Translations under genes and position numbers: made by a program
In this document: positions 1 to 13,826 of the stretch, piece after piece
Numbering within the stretch: position 1 is the stretch's first letter
How the letters are laid out: each line of letters begins with the position of its first letter
Notes under the pieces: generated by a model
What the model was told of the DNA's origin: nothing
Databases searched by the model: none
Seen by the model: the letters and a program-made list of their open reading frames with translations, nothing else
Source: an uncultured Alphaproteobacteria bacterium
GTDB taxonomy: Bacteria; Pseudomonadota; Alphaproteobacteria; Sphingomonadales; Sphingomonadaceae
Reading direction: 5' to 3'
DNA: 64,000 nucleotides
Assembly (NCBI GenBank): GCA_963844355.1
Contig: CAWJNY010000007.1
Coordinates: 498,730-562,729 of the forward strand

Positions 1-111
1 ACCTCGGTACACAAAGGTATGAAGCCGCGGTCCGGCGACGAGCCCAACCTGCCCAACCGCGAACAAACGCGCGGCCCCCAGGACAAGGCGCCGCCGCGCA
101 GGACGCGCTAG
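1..111 (+). CDS. 3' end of an unidentified CDS entering from the left edge
   Basis: Frame 1 is open from base 1 to TAG at 109-111, overlapping the convergent LysR stop. Confidence 0.35.
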   Translation, partial: TSVHKGMKPRSGDEPNLPNREQTRGPQDKAPPRRTR

Positions 112-1034
112 GCCACCGCTTCAAGCGGCGGCACCTTGCTTTGCTCGACCTGGCGCAGCAGCCATTCCCTGAACCGCTTGATCTTGGGGACGTTGCGCCG
201 CTCGGGCGCGATGCATAGCCAGTAACGGAAGCCGGCGGTGGCAGTGAGGTCGAACGGCTGGCACAGGCGCTGGTCCCTGATGTCATTCTTCCAGAAGGCC
301 GGAGTAAGCAACACGAACCCCTGACCGCCCATCGCCGCATGACCTTCGTCGGCCTGGCTGTCGAGGCGAAGACCAGCTTTGCGCGGCCGATCGGCGGCGC
401 CCTCGACCCCCGCCGCCTCGAACCACTTGTCCCACCAATAATCTTCCGGGCTGATCAGCGGCAGATTTGGCAAGTCCTGCGGCTCGGGCGGGCGGCCGAG
501 CTGCTCGGTCATCCGCTGCCAAAAGCCGGGCGCGCACATCGGCGTGAAATCGACCTTCATCAGCTCGACCGATACCAGGCCTTCCCATGGGCGCGCGCTG
601 GCGCGGATCGCGACGTCGGCGTCGCCGGACTTCAAGTCGACCAGCTTGTTCGATGTCGCCAGCCGCACCGCCAAGTCGGGATGCTCGACCTGGAAGGCGC
701 CGAGCCGCCAGGCCAGCCACGTATTGGCGAAGGTGAAGGTGGTGGCGACGGTCAGCAGCGCCTCATCCTCCTCGCGCTGCGACGCGAACGCCGCCTCGAT
801 GCTGTCGAACGCCTGAGTCAGCTGGGGCAGCAGCCGAAGACCAAGCCCGGTCAGCCTTGCCCTCCCCTTCTCGCGCACGAACAGGGCCGCGCCCAGCCGC
901 TCCTCCAATAATTTGACCTGATAGGAGACCGCGGCCTGCGTCATGCCCAACTCATTGGCTGCGGCCGTAAAATTTTCTAGGCGTGCAGCCGCTTCGAACA
1001 CGCGGACCGCGGCCAGGGGCGGGAGTTTCCTCAT
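108..1034 (-). CDS. LysR family transcriptional regulator (GcvA-like)
   Basis: N-terminal LPPLAAVRVFEAAARLENFTAAANELGMTQAAVSYQVKLLEERLG HTH followed by a substrate-binding domain. Confidence 0.95.
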   Translation of the reverse strand: MRKLPPLAAVRVFEAAARLENFTAAANELGMTQAAVSYQVKLLEERLGAALFVREKGRARLTGLGLRLLPQLTQAFDSIEAAFASQREEDEALLTVATTFTFANTWLAWRLGAFQVEHPDLAVRLATSNKLVDLKSGDADVAIRASARPWEGLVSVELMKVDFTPMCAPGFWQRMTEQLGRPPEPQDLPNLPLISPEDYWWDKWFEAAGVEGAADRPRKAGLRLDSQADEGHAAMGGQGFVLLTPAFWKNDIRDQRLCQPFDLTATAGFRYWLCIAPERRNVPKIKRFREWLLRQVEQSKVPPLEAVA

Positions 1035-1045
1035 GATCGAACTCT

Positions 1046-1060
1046 ATAAGCCCAGCTAAT
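1046..1060. promoter_or_regulatory. Putative LysR T-N11-A box
   Basis: ATAAG-cccag-CTAAT imperfect dyad in the divergent intergenic region, just upstream of the LysR start. Confidence 0.45.
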
Positions 1061-1177
1061 TGCTGCCGTCTAGCCTTTCATTGGGATGAACGAATTGGTC
1101 CCGCTACATAGTCAACAAGCGCCGGTGGGCTCGACCCTCCAATCCCCGGAACCCCCAACGGGCTCACCGGCGCAACG

Positions 1178-1360
1178 ATGGAGGCAATGATGCGCGACGA
1201 AATTTTCGACCGTGATTATCAGGCCGGCCGTGACGCCCTGCATGATGGCATCGACCGGTTTATCGAAGGCGCCGGCAACGCGCTGAAGGTGCTTTACCGG
1301 ATCCAGTTCGACGCCCCGTGGAAGAAGAACAACGGGACGGCGACGCACTCCGCACGCTGA
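1178..1360 (+). CDS. Small hypothetical protein (~57-60 aa), divergent from LysR
   Basis: GGAGG RBS before ATG 1187; homologous to the ORF at 56019 in this window. Confidence 0.75.
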   Translation: MEAMMRDEIFDRDYQAGRDALHDGIDRFIEGAGNALKVLYRIQFDAPWKKNNGTATHSAR

Positions 1361-1497
1361 AAAGTGGAGGCGGCAATGAAGCATGTTACTGTCATGGCGG
1401 TCGCCAGGGCGATTGCGCACGCGGTCCGCGGCCTTGCCGCTGGTCTGAGGCGCGAAATCTGCTGCCCGAAGCTGCACTTTGCGGGCTGGCGCTGACC

Positions 1498-1800
1498 ATG
1501 ATCGCGAGAAAATGGCACGGGCGGGTCCCAAGCGCCAAGTTGGCTGAATATCTGCAGCTGATGGCCAATGTGGGCCTGCCCGACTATCGTTCGACCCGTG
1601 GAAATCGGGGCTCCTGGTGCCTGTTTCGCCGCGACAACGGCGTCGCGCATGTCGAGATGTTCACGTTGTGGACCGACCTCGAGGCGATCCGGCGGTTTGC
1701 AGGCGACGACCTAACCCTTGCCAAATATTATGATTTCGACCCGGACTTCTTGCTCGAGCTTGAGCCGCGAGTAGCTCATTTCGAAGTCATCGAAGGCTGA
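1498..1800 (+). CDS. Antibiotic biosynthesis monooxygenase-like (ABM) small protein
   Basis: MIARKWHGRV...TLWTDLEAIRRFAG...AKYYDFDPDFLLELEPRVAHFEV pattern. Confidence 0.8.
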   Translation: MIARKWHGRVPSAKLAEYLQLMANVGLPDYRSTRGNRGSWCLFRRDNGVAHVEMFTLWTDLEAIRRFAGDDLTLAKYYDFDPDFLLELEPRVAHFEVIEG

Positions 1801-1879
1801 CACCAGGCTCAATTGCGGATGGGGGGCGGCTCGCCTATAGCCTCCCCTCTCTTCATTTTCGCCGGAGTCAGCAACGCCC

Positions 1880-2662
1880 ATGGTCCGTCGCCGCCAAATC
1901 TACGAAGGCAAGGCCAAGATCCTCTACGAAGGACCCGAACCCGGCACGCTCATCCAATATTTCAAGGACGATGCGACCGCCTTCAACGCCCAGAAGCGCG
2001 GCACGATCAGTGGCAAGGGCGTGCTCAACAACCGCATCAGCGAGCATATCTTCACTGCTCTGGCCACAATTGGTGTCCCCACCCACTTCATTCGCCGCCT
2101 CAATATGCGCGAGCAGCTGGTCCGGCAGGTCGAGATCGTGCCGATAGAGGTGGTCGTGCGCAACGTCGCCGCAGGCTCGCTGTCGAAGCGGCTTGGCATC
2201 GAGGAGGGCACTCAGCTGCCCCGCACCATCATCGAATATTATTACAAGGACGATGCACTCGGTGATCCGATGATCGCCGACGAACATATCGCCTGCTTCG
2301 GCTGGGCCAGCCAGGAAGAGATGAACGACATCGCCGACATGGCGATCCGGGTGAACGACTTCATGTGCGGCCTGTTCGCCGGGATCGGCATCCGCCTGAT
2401 CGATTTCAAGCTCGAGTTCGGCCGGGTGTGGGACGGCGACTATGGACGTATCATCCTGGCCGACGAGATTTCGCCTGACGGCTGCCGACTATGGGACATG
2501 AAGACCAACGAAAAGCTCGACAAGGACCGCTTCCGCCAAAGCCTGGGCGGCGAAGCCGAGGCCTATCAGGAAGTCGCCCGGCGGCTCGGGCTGCTGCCGG
2601 AAGGCGAAGAAGCCAGCGCCATCCTCGACCTTGACGAGCACCGCAAGAAGCGGGGGCGCTAA
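1880..2662 (+). CDS. purC: Phosphoribosylaminoimidazole-succinocarboxamide synthase
   Basis: [43 protein letters not shown] motifs. Confidence 0.98.
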   Translation: MVRRRQIYEGKAKILYEGPEPGTLIQYFKDDATAFNAQKRGTISGKGVLNNRISEHIFTALATIGVPTHFIRRLNMREQLVRQVEIVPIEVVVRNVAAGSLSKRLGIEEGTQLPRTIIEYYYKDDALGDPMIADEHIACFGWASQEEMNDIADMAIRVNDFMCGLFAGIGIRLIDFKLEFGRVWDGDYGRIILADEISPDGCRLWDMKTNEKLDKDRFRQSLGGEAEAYQEVARRLGLLPEGEEASAILDLDEHRKKRGR

Positions 2663-2667
2663 CCGCA

Positions 2668-4836
2668 GTGGCGCTCCCCCGAGTTCGCGTCGTCACACTG
2701 AACGCGGCGCTCGGGCCCCTCGACTACCGCGTACCGGACGGGGTGGCGGTCGAGCCTGGCTCGGTAGTCATCGCGCCTCTTGGCCCGCGGCAATTGATCG
2801 GTGTCGCCTGGGAAGCGGACCGGCTGAAAACCGAGGAAGTGGGGGACAATCGGCTTCGGCCGGTGGCCGGGATGGTGGACGTGCCGCCTATTCCCGCCGC
2901 GTTACGCCGGCTGGTTGAATGGACTGCCGACTATTACCTCTCGCCCATCGCCGCCGTGCTGCGGATGGTGCTTTCAACCTCGGCTGCTCTCACCGGGCCG
3001 CGGCAGATGATCGAATATCGGCCGACCGGCGCCGTCCCCGCCCGCCTTACCCCGCAGCGCGAGCAGGCGCTGGCTCGGATCGAAGGGCGCCAGGGGACGG
3101 TGCGCGAGCTTTCCGCTCATGCCGAGGTGAGCGAAGCGGTTATGCGGGGGCTGGTCAACGCCGGCGCGCTCGAACGGGTCGAAGTCGACGCCGACCAGCC
3201 ATTCCCGCCTCCGGATCCCGATTTCGCTCCGCCTGACCTGAATGACGAGCAGCAACGGGCGGCCGGCAGCCTAACGTCTGCGATCGGACAAGGCTTCGAC
3301 CCGATACTGCTCGATGGCGTGACGGGATCGGGCAAGACGGAGGTCTATTTCGAGGCAATCGCCGAGGCGGTACGGCAGGGGAAGCAAGTGCTGGTCCTGC
3401 TGCCCGAAATCGCCCTGACCGAGCCGTTCCTGACCCGCTTCACGGCACGCTTTGGCTGCGCGCCGGCGGCCTGGCACTCGGACCTTCGCTCATCGGAGCG
3501 CCGCCGTGTCTGGCGCGCGATCGCCAATGGTGAAGCCAAGGTCGTCGTGGGTGCCCGTTCCTCGCTGTTCCTCCCTTACCCCGACCTCGGCCTGATTGTC
3601 GTCGACGAGGCCCATGAACCGAGCTTCAAGCAGGAGGAGGGCGTCCAGTATCACGCCCGCGACGTCGCGGTGATGCGGGGCCATTTCGAACAAATTCCCG
3701 TCATACTCGCCTCTGCGACGCCGGCAATCGAGACGCGACATATGGTCGAGATCGGCCGCTATCGTGAGCTGAAGCTGACCGAGCGGCACGGCCTGGCTGC
3801 CCTTCCGGAGATCCGCTCCCTCGATCTCACGCAGGACCCGCCGGCGCGCGGGCGCTGGCTTGCCCCGAGCCTGGTCGGAGAGTTGGAGGCAAACCTCAAG
3901 GCGGGCGAACAGTCGCTCCTGTTCCTAAACCGCCGCGGCTTTGCGCCGCTGACCCTGTGCCGACACTGCGGCCACCGCTTCCAATGCCCCAATTGCACGG
4001 CCTGGATGGTCGAGCATCGGCTGATGCACCGCCTGGCCTGCCACCATTGCGGCCACGTGATGCCGCCGCCAAAGGCCTGCCCGGAATGCGGCGAAGAGGA
4101 TAGCCTGGTCGCGTGCGGACCCGGGGTCGAGCGGATCGCCGACGAGGTTGGGGAACTGTTTCCCGATGCCCGGACGATCGTTGTCACCAGCGACACGATC
4201 TGGTCACCGGCCCGCGCTGCCGAATTTGTCCGCGCCATGGAGAGCCAAGAAATCGATATCGTCGTCGGCACCCAGCTGGTGACCAAGGGCTATCATTTTC
4301 CCAACTTGACGCTGGTCGGCGTAGTCGATGCCGACCTTGGCCTTCAGGGCGGCGACCTGCGCGCGGCCGAGCGAAGCTTCCAGCAGATCCAGCAGGTAGC
4401 CGGTCGGGCCGGGCGCGGGGACAGGCCGGGCCGGGTGCTGGTCCAGACCCACGATCCCGACGCGCCGGTCATCGCCGCCCTGGTGTCGGGCGACGCGCCC
4501 GGTTTTTACGCCGCCGAGACGGACGCGCGACGCGAAGCCGCGATGCCACCATTCGGCCGGCTCGCCGCGATTATCGTGTCGAGCGAGGACAAGTTGGAGG
4601 CCGAGGCGGTCGCCCGGCGGATTGGACATTCCGCTCCCAGCGTCGAAAGCATGGCCGTGTTCGGTCCCGCCCCCGCCCCGCTTGCCATGCTTCGCGGCCG
4701 TCACCGCCAACGGATCCTGGTGCACGCGGCACGCAAGCTCGATGTCCAGGACGTAATCCGCGAATGGTTGGGCGCGCTCGAGTGGAGCAACAAGGTCCGC
4801 GTCGCGGTCGACGTCGATCCCTACAGCTTCCTGTGA
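2668..4836 (+). CDS. priA: Primosomal protein N'
   Basis: GVTGSGKTEVY Walker A, DEAH, four CxxC motifs, QVAGRAGR, DVDP C-terminus. Confidence 0.98.
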   Translation: MALPRVRVVTLNAALGPLDYRVPDGVAVEPGSVVIAPLGPRQLIGVAWEADRLKTEEVGDNRLRPVAGMVDVPPIPAALRRLVEWTADYYLSPIAAVLRMVLSTSAALTGPRQMIEYRPTGAVPARLTPQREQALARIEGRQGTVRELSAHAEVSEAVMRGLVNAGALERVEVDADQPFPPPDPDFAPPDLNDEQQRAAGSLTSAIGQGFDPILLDGVTGSGKTEVYFEAIAEAVRQGKQVLVLLPEIALTEPFLTRFTARFGCAPAAWHSDLRSSERRRVWRAIANGEAKVVVGARSSLFLPYPDLGLIVVDEAHEPSFKQEEGVQYHARDVAVMRGHFEQIPVILASATPAIETRHMVEIGRYRELKLTERHGLAALPEIRSLDLTQDPPARGRWLAPSLVGELEANLKAGEQSLLFLNRRGFAPLTLCRHCGHRFQCPNCTAWMVEHRLMHRLACHHCGHVMPPPKACPECGEEDSLVACGPGVERIADEVGELFPDARTIVVTSDTIWSPARAAEFVRAMESQEIDIVVGTQLVTKGYHFPNLTLVGVVDADLGLQGGDLRAAERSFQQIQQVAGRAGRGDRPGRVLVQTHDPDAPVIAALVSGDAPGFYAAETDARREAAMPPFGRLAAIIVSSEDKLEAEAVARRIGHSAPSVESMAVFGPAPAPLAMLRGRHRQRILVHAARKLDVQDVIREWLGALEWSNKVRVAVDVDPYSFL

Positions 4837-4902
4837 CTCACTGGCCACTTGCACCCCCGGTCGAAGCGGCTACCCTGCCTGGTGCCGAATAAAGGGGGTT
4901 TC

Positions 4903-6447
4903 ATGGGGTGGGTCCTGCGCAGGACATTACCCGCGCTGTTATTTGCGTGTTTGGCCATGCCGGTCGCAGCGGCCTGGCATGAGGCGCGGTCCAACCATTT
5001 CGTCATCTATTCCGACCAGAGCCCGGCAGAGCTGAAGCGGTTTGCGGAGCGGCTCGAACGGTTCGACCAGGCCGTTCGGTACGTCCGCGGCATGGAGGAC
5101 CCTGCGCTAACCGATGCCAACCGTCTCCGCATCTTTGTGCTGAGGAATAAGTCGGCGATCGCCAAACTGGCGGGATCGAGCATGGTCAGAGGCTTCTACC
5201 ATGCCCGAGCATCGGGAGCGGTCGCGTTCGTGCCCCGCAACAGCGGGTCGAAATACGTCGATTGGGACCTGGATACCCAGGCCATCTTTTTCCACGAATA
5301 TGCCCACCATCTGCAACTGAAGACCGCGAAGATCGCAGTACCCTCATGGATAGCGGAAGGGTTCGCCGAATTCTTCGCGACGGCCCAAGTGGGAAAAGAC
5401 GGCAGCGTCACGATCGGACTGCCGCCGCAATATCGCGCTTATGAAATCATGAATTCCAGCGGCCTCGATCTCGATCAGATGCTTGGCGCTTCCTATCGGA
5501 AGCTGACTGCCGACCAGGTCGACGAGCTCTATGGCAAGGGCTGGCTGCTGGTTCATTACATGAATTTCAAGGAAGACCGGCGCTCGCAACTAGCCGAATA
5601 CCTCGAAGCCATTCACAACGGAAAGGGCGCGCTTAACGCGGCTCAGACGGCGTTCGGCGATCTCAAGGTGCTGGAGAAGGAGCTTGCGCGCTACAAGCGC
5701 GGGAAAATCCCCGGCCTGGTGGTTGACGCCGAGCGGCTCAAGGTCGGCACGATCAATGTCCGGGCAATGACTTCGGGCGAAGCCGCGGTAATGGATGTCC
5801 ACATCCGCTCGACCCGCGGCGTTGATCCAAGGACGGCACCCGCCGTCGCAGCCGACGCCCGCAGGGCCGCGGGACCCTACCCCAACGATCCCTTTGCTCA
5901 GTCCGTTCTGGCCGAAGCCGAATATGACGCCGGCAACTATGAAGCGACCGAAGCTGCCGCTGACCGCGCCCTGGCGGCCAATCCCAATCATATCCGATCC
6001 CTGATCTACAAAGGCCGTGCACGGCTTCGACTAGCGTCGAAAAATGCGGAAAAGGCCGACTGGAAGACAGTCCGCGGCTGGTTCACGCGGGCCAACAAGC
6101 TGGATACCGAGAATGCCGAACCGCTGATGCTGTTCTACGAGAGTTTTGTTCAGCAGGGCGCCCGGCCTTCCAAAAATGCGATTGATGCGCTCCTCTACGC
6201 TCAAACCCTCGCGCCGCAAGACGATGGATTGAGAGGGATGGCGGTCCAGCAGTTGCTCGTTGACAACCGCACAGCTGAGGCGAAGCACCTGTTTGCGCCA
6301 TTGGCCTTCCAGCCGCACCTGTCGGACGAATGGCGCGACCTGTTCGGGCGCATCATGGAAGCTATTGGTGCGGGCGATAGCCAGGGGGCGCTCAACCTGA
6401 TGGAACAGGGCCCGGAGAAGGTCGCCAAGGTGAAGGAGAAGTCCTGA
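4903..6447 (+). CDS. Secreted HExxH (zincin-like) + TPR protein
   Basis: Signal peptide; FFHEYAH...W..EGFAEF gluzincin-like motif; TPR-like C-terminal helices. Confidence 0.75.
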   Translation: MGWVLRRTLPALLFACLAMPVAAAWHEARSNHFVIYSDQSPAELKRFAERLERFDQAVRYVRGMEDPALTDANRLRIFVLRNKSAIAKLAGSSMVRGFYHARASGAVAFVPRNSGSKYVDWDLDTQAIFFHEYAHHLQLKTAKIAVPSWIAEGFAEFFATAQVGKDGSVTIGLPPQYRAYEIMNSSGLDLDQMLGASYRKLTADQVDELYGKGWLLVHYMNFKEDRRSQLAEYLEAIHNGKGALNAAQTAFGDLKVLEKELARYKRGKIPGLVVDAERLKVGTINVRAMTSGEAAVMDVHIRSTRGVDPRTAPAVAADARRAAGPYPNDPFAQSVLAEAEYDAGNYEATEAAADRALAANPNHIRSLIYKGRARLRLASKNAEKADWKTVRGWFTRANKLDTENAEPLMLFYESFVQQGARPSKNAIDALLYAQTLAPQDDGLRGMAVQQLLVDNRTAEAKHLFAPLAFQPHLSDEWRDLFGRIMEAIGAGDSQGALNLMEQGPEKVAKVKEKS

Positions 6448-6486
6448 CTGCTCGGCATCCAGGAGGATACAGGCCGGCAACGACAG

Positions 6487-7545
6487 TTAGAGGTTGAGGT
6501 CCGGCTGCGGGATCGCAGCTCCTTCCGCCGCCAGCAGCTTCTTTTTGCGATCCAACCCTCCGGCATAGCCGCCCAAGGTTCCGTCGGAACGGATCACCCG
6601 GTGGCACGGCACCAGCACGGCGATCGGGTTCTTGCCGTTGGCAGTCCCGACGGCGCGCGTTGCATTGGGGTCGCCGACCGCCCGTGCGATATCGGCATAG
6701 CTGCGCGTTTCGCCCAGCGGGATTTTGCGCAACTCACGCCACACCGCTTCCTGGAAGGCCGTGCCGTGGACGTCGATCGGCAGCTCCGGCGCCGCCCGAG
6801 GCGCCTCGATCGCCTGAAGCGCCCCTGCCACCCAAGGCGCAATGCTGCCGTCGTCGGGGCGGATGTCCGCGTTTGGAAAGCGTCGGCGTAGCGCGTTTTC
6901 ATCCTCGTCAAACGTCAGCCGGCAAATACCCTTCGGCGTCGCCGCGACCAGCAGCGGACCGAGCGGGCTTTCGGCGACGACATAGCGGATGGTCTCGCCC
7001 CGGCCACCGTCGCGCCAGGCCGATGGCGTCATGCCCAGCCGCTGCTTCGCATCTTCATAGAAGCGGCTTGGGGCGGCATAGCCGGCGTCATAAATTGCCT
7101 CGGTCACGCTCTTGTCCTCCTGGAGATGCTGTTCCGCGCGCCGGGCGCGAACCGCTCGGGCATAGGCCGCGGGCGATACGCCCATGTCGCGGGTGAAGAT
7201 TCGCTGGAAATGATGCTCGGCATAGCCGACCGCATCCGCCAGCTCGCCCAATCTCGGAGGCTCCTCCGCTTGTTCGATCAGCTGAACGGCCTTGGCCACC
7301 GCCTCGGAATCGCGGCCGACCTCGTCGGGCTTGCATCGCAGGCACGCCCGGAACCCCGCCGCGCGGGCGGATTCGCCGTCGAGGAAGAATTCGACATTCT
7401 CCCGCTTGGGCCGCCGCGCCGGGCAGCTCGGCTTGCAGTAGATGCCGGTCGTCTTGACCGCTCCGATCACGCGGCCATCCCAGCTGCGATCGCGGCGCTC
7501 GAAGGCGGCCCAGGCGGCGTCTATGTCAATTGTTCGCATCAGCAT
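6487..7545 (-). CDS. ada: Bifunctional Ada regulator / O6-methylguanine-DNA methyltransferase
   Basis: TTGIYCKPSCPAR and GFRACLRCKP Zn site, AraC HTH, PCHRV active site. Confidence 0.95.
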   Translation of the reverse strand: MLMRTIDIDAAWAAFERRDRSWDGRVIGAVKTTGIYCKPSCPARRPKRENVEFFLDGESARAAGFRACLRCKPDEVGRDSEAVAKAVQLIEQAEEPPRLGELADAVGYAEHHFQRIFTRDMGVSPAAYARAVRARRAEQHLQEDKSVTEAIYDAGYAAPSRFYEDAKQRLGMTPSAWRDGGRGETIRYVVAESPLGPLLVAATPKGICRLTFDEDENALRRRFPNADIRPDDGSIAPWVAGALQAIEAPRAAPELPIDVHGTAFQEAVWRELRKIPLGETRSYADIARAVGDPNATRAVGTANGKNPIAVLVPCHRVIRSDGTLGGYAGGLDRKKKLLAAEGAAIPQPDLNL

Positions 7546-7603
7546 GGACCCTACCATAGCCATCCGCCTAGTTCGCGCTTCCCGTGCCTTGCGGTCAAAC
7601 GAG

Positions 7604-8073
7604 ATGTCGATGAACTGGCAGTTTTTCGAAGGCGAGCTGCACCATGACGATGTGCGGATGCTGCTCGACCAGCATTTTTCCGAGATGCGGGCCGGATCGC
7701 CGCCAGACGCTTGCCATGTGCTTCCCATCGACGGGCTGGATGACCCAAACATCCGGTTCTTCACCCTGCGCGAAAACAGCCTGCTCCTGGGCTGTGGCGC
7801 CTTGAAGCGTCTGGAACCTGGTCACGGCGAGGTGAAGTCGATGCGCACGGCCGACGCGGCTTTGGGCCGTGGGGTCGGCAAGGCGATGCTGCACCATCTG
7901 GTGGCTACCGCCAGAGGCAGAATCCATGACCCGGCTCAGCCTGGAAACGGGCTCAACCGAACAGTTCGCGGCGGCCAACAGGCTCTACGAAAAAGAAGGG
8001 TTCGAGCGCACTGGGCCCCTTCGGGGATTACCGGGATACAGCCTGGACGCGTTTCTTCACGAAGGAAATCTAG
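7604..8073 (+). CDS. GNAT N-acetyltransferase (two apparent frameshifts)
   Basis: GCGALK...GEVKSMRT...GRGVG in one frame, RLSLETGS...AANRLY in the next, PFGDY...FFTKEI* in the third. Confidence 0.85.
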
Positions 8074-8537
8074 CTCCGTTCGATGCGCGCTGCGAAACAG
8101 CCGCGGGTCGCGTTATGGGCATCGATATGATCGACCGCATGGTTGGACAGCAGGCGGCGGATGGCGGCATCGCCTTCGCCCGGCTGGGTCAGCGCGGCGT
8201 CAATCATCATCCCATCGGCGTCGAATGCCCGCAGGGACAGGACGCGGCGGGCGAGCGCCGGCGGGATTTCATCCCGATAGACGGCCGCTTCGGTCGCGCG
8301 TTCGCTGACGAAGATGGCATGGCTGGCGCGATAAGGGTTGTTGCCGTCGTGTGAGATATGGTTGACCAGCAGCAAGGTTTCCCCCGCCTGTGCGTCATCG
8401 AGCTGGATGCGGCATGGAAAGCTCGGCCGGCCATCGGCGGTCATGCGCGCGGCACCATGCTGGGCGAGCTGCTCGTCGCTGAGGCCAAAAAGATGAGCGA
8501 ATTGCGAGGGCTCCAGGCCGGAGATCTTGTATGTCAT
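8070..8537 (-). CDS. DUF1203 family protein
   Basis: FPCR..L.DA..GE.LLLVNH, PYRASHAIFV, SLRAFD, HNA.RGCF motifs. Confidence 0.85.
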   Translation of the reverse strand: MTYKISGLEPSQFAHLFGLSDEQLAQHGAARMTADGRPSFPCRIQLDDAQAGETLLLVNHISHDGNNPYRASHAIFVSERATEAAVYRDEIPPALARRVLSLRAFDADGMMIDAALTQPGEGDAAIRRLLSNHAVDHIDAHNATRGCFAARIERS

Positions 8538-8759
8538 GGCGCCGAATTACCTGCTTGGGCTCCGGCTCGCTTCCCACCACTTGCGCTCAAACCTCCAATT
8601 CGATCAGCAGCGCCGCATGGGCAACTACTGGCTTACCCTGCTTGCATCGTCGCGAACCCCTTGCTAGGGGCGCGCCAACCCATGGGGGGCGCGCGGTTTT
8701 CGGGCTGCGGCGCCCCGTTTATTGCATGGTCGCAATATTATTTCTGGAGCTTCAAACGC

Positions 8760-10848
<2,089 letters not shown>

Positions 10849-10870
10849 GGTCGAGAGAGACGCTCAGGCG

Positions 10871-13304
<2,434 letters not shown>

Positions 13305-13346
13305 CCAAAAACCGCTCGCCCGTTAGGGGTGCGTCCGGAGAAGAAA

Positions 13347-13529
13347 ATGACCGAACTCCGCCTCGAGGATTGTGTCAACTCGCACTGCCCGTGGTCGGGC
13401 GATCCGGTCAGTGCGGACAGTTTGACGGTCTACCAAGGCAAGGTCGTCGGCTTCTGCAACCCCGGCTGCCGGGACAAGTTCGAGAAAGCAGCGTCGGCCT
13501 TTGACGCCGCGATCGATGGAAAGAAATAG
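13347..13529 (+). CDS. Small TRASH/YHS-like Cys-rich protein inside the atp operon
   Basis: [13 protein letters not shown]...[23 protein letters not shown]; stop is 2 bp before the atpC start. Confidence 0.75.
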   Translation: MTELRLEDCVNSHCPWSGDPVSADSLTVYQGKVVGFCNPGCRDKFEKAASAFDAAIDGKK

Positions 13530-13531
13530 AG

Positions 13532-13792
13532 ATGGCCGACCTTCACTTCGAGCTAGTGACACCCGAGCGCCTGGTCCGTTCCGACGAAGTGCACATGGTC
13601 GTCGTTCCGGGCGTCGAGGGCGAATTCGGGGTCATGGCCGGCCATGCGCCCTTCATGACCACGCTCAAGGACGGCGAACTTAAGGTCTTCAAGACTGCCG
13701 GCGGACAACCGGAAAACATCACCGTTTCCGGCGGTTTCGCTGAGGTCGGCGACAAAGGCCTGACCGTGCTTGCCGAGAGCGCGAACGCCTGA
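13532..13792 (+). CDS. atpC: F1F0 ATP synthase subunit epsilon
   Basis: [31 protein letters not shown] motifs. Confidence 0.96.
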   Translation: MADLHFELVTPERLVRSDEVHMVVVPGVEGEFGVMAGHAPFMTTLKDGELKVFKTAGGQPENITVSGGFAEVGDKGLTVLAESANA

Positions 13793-13826
13793 CACCATCC
13801 CGCCCAACCAACAGGGGGCGGGCAAA

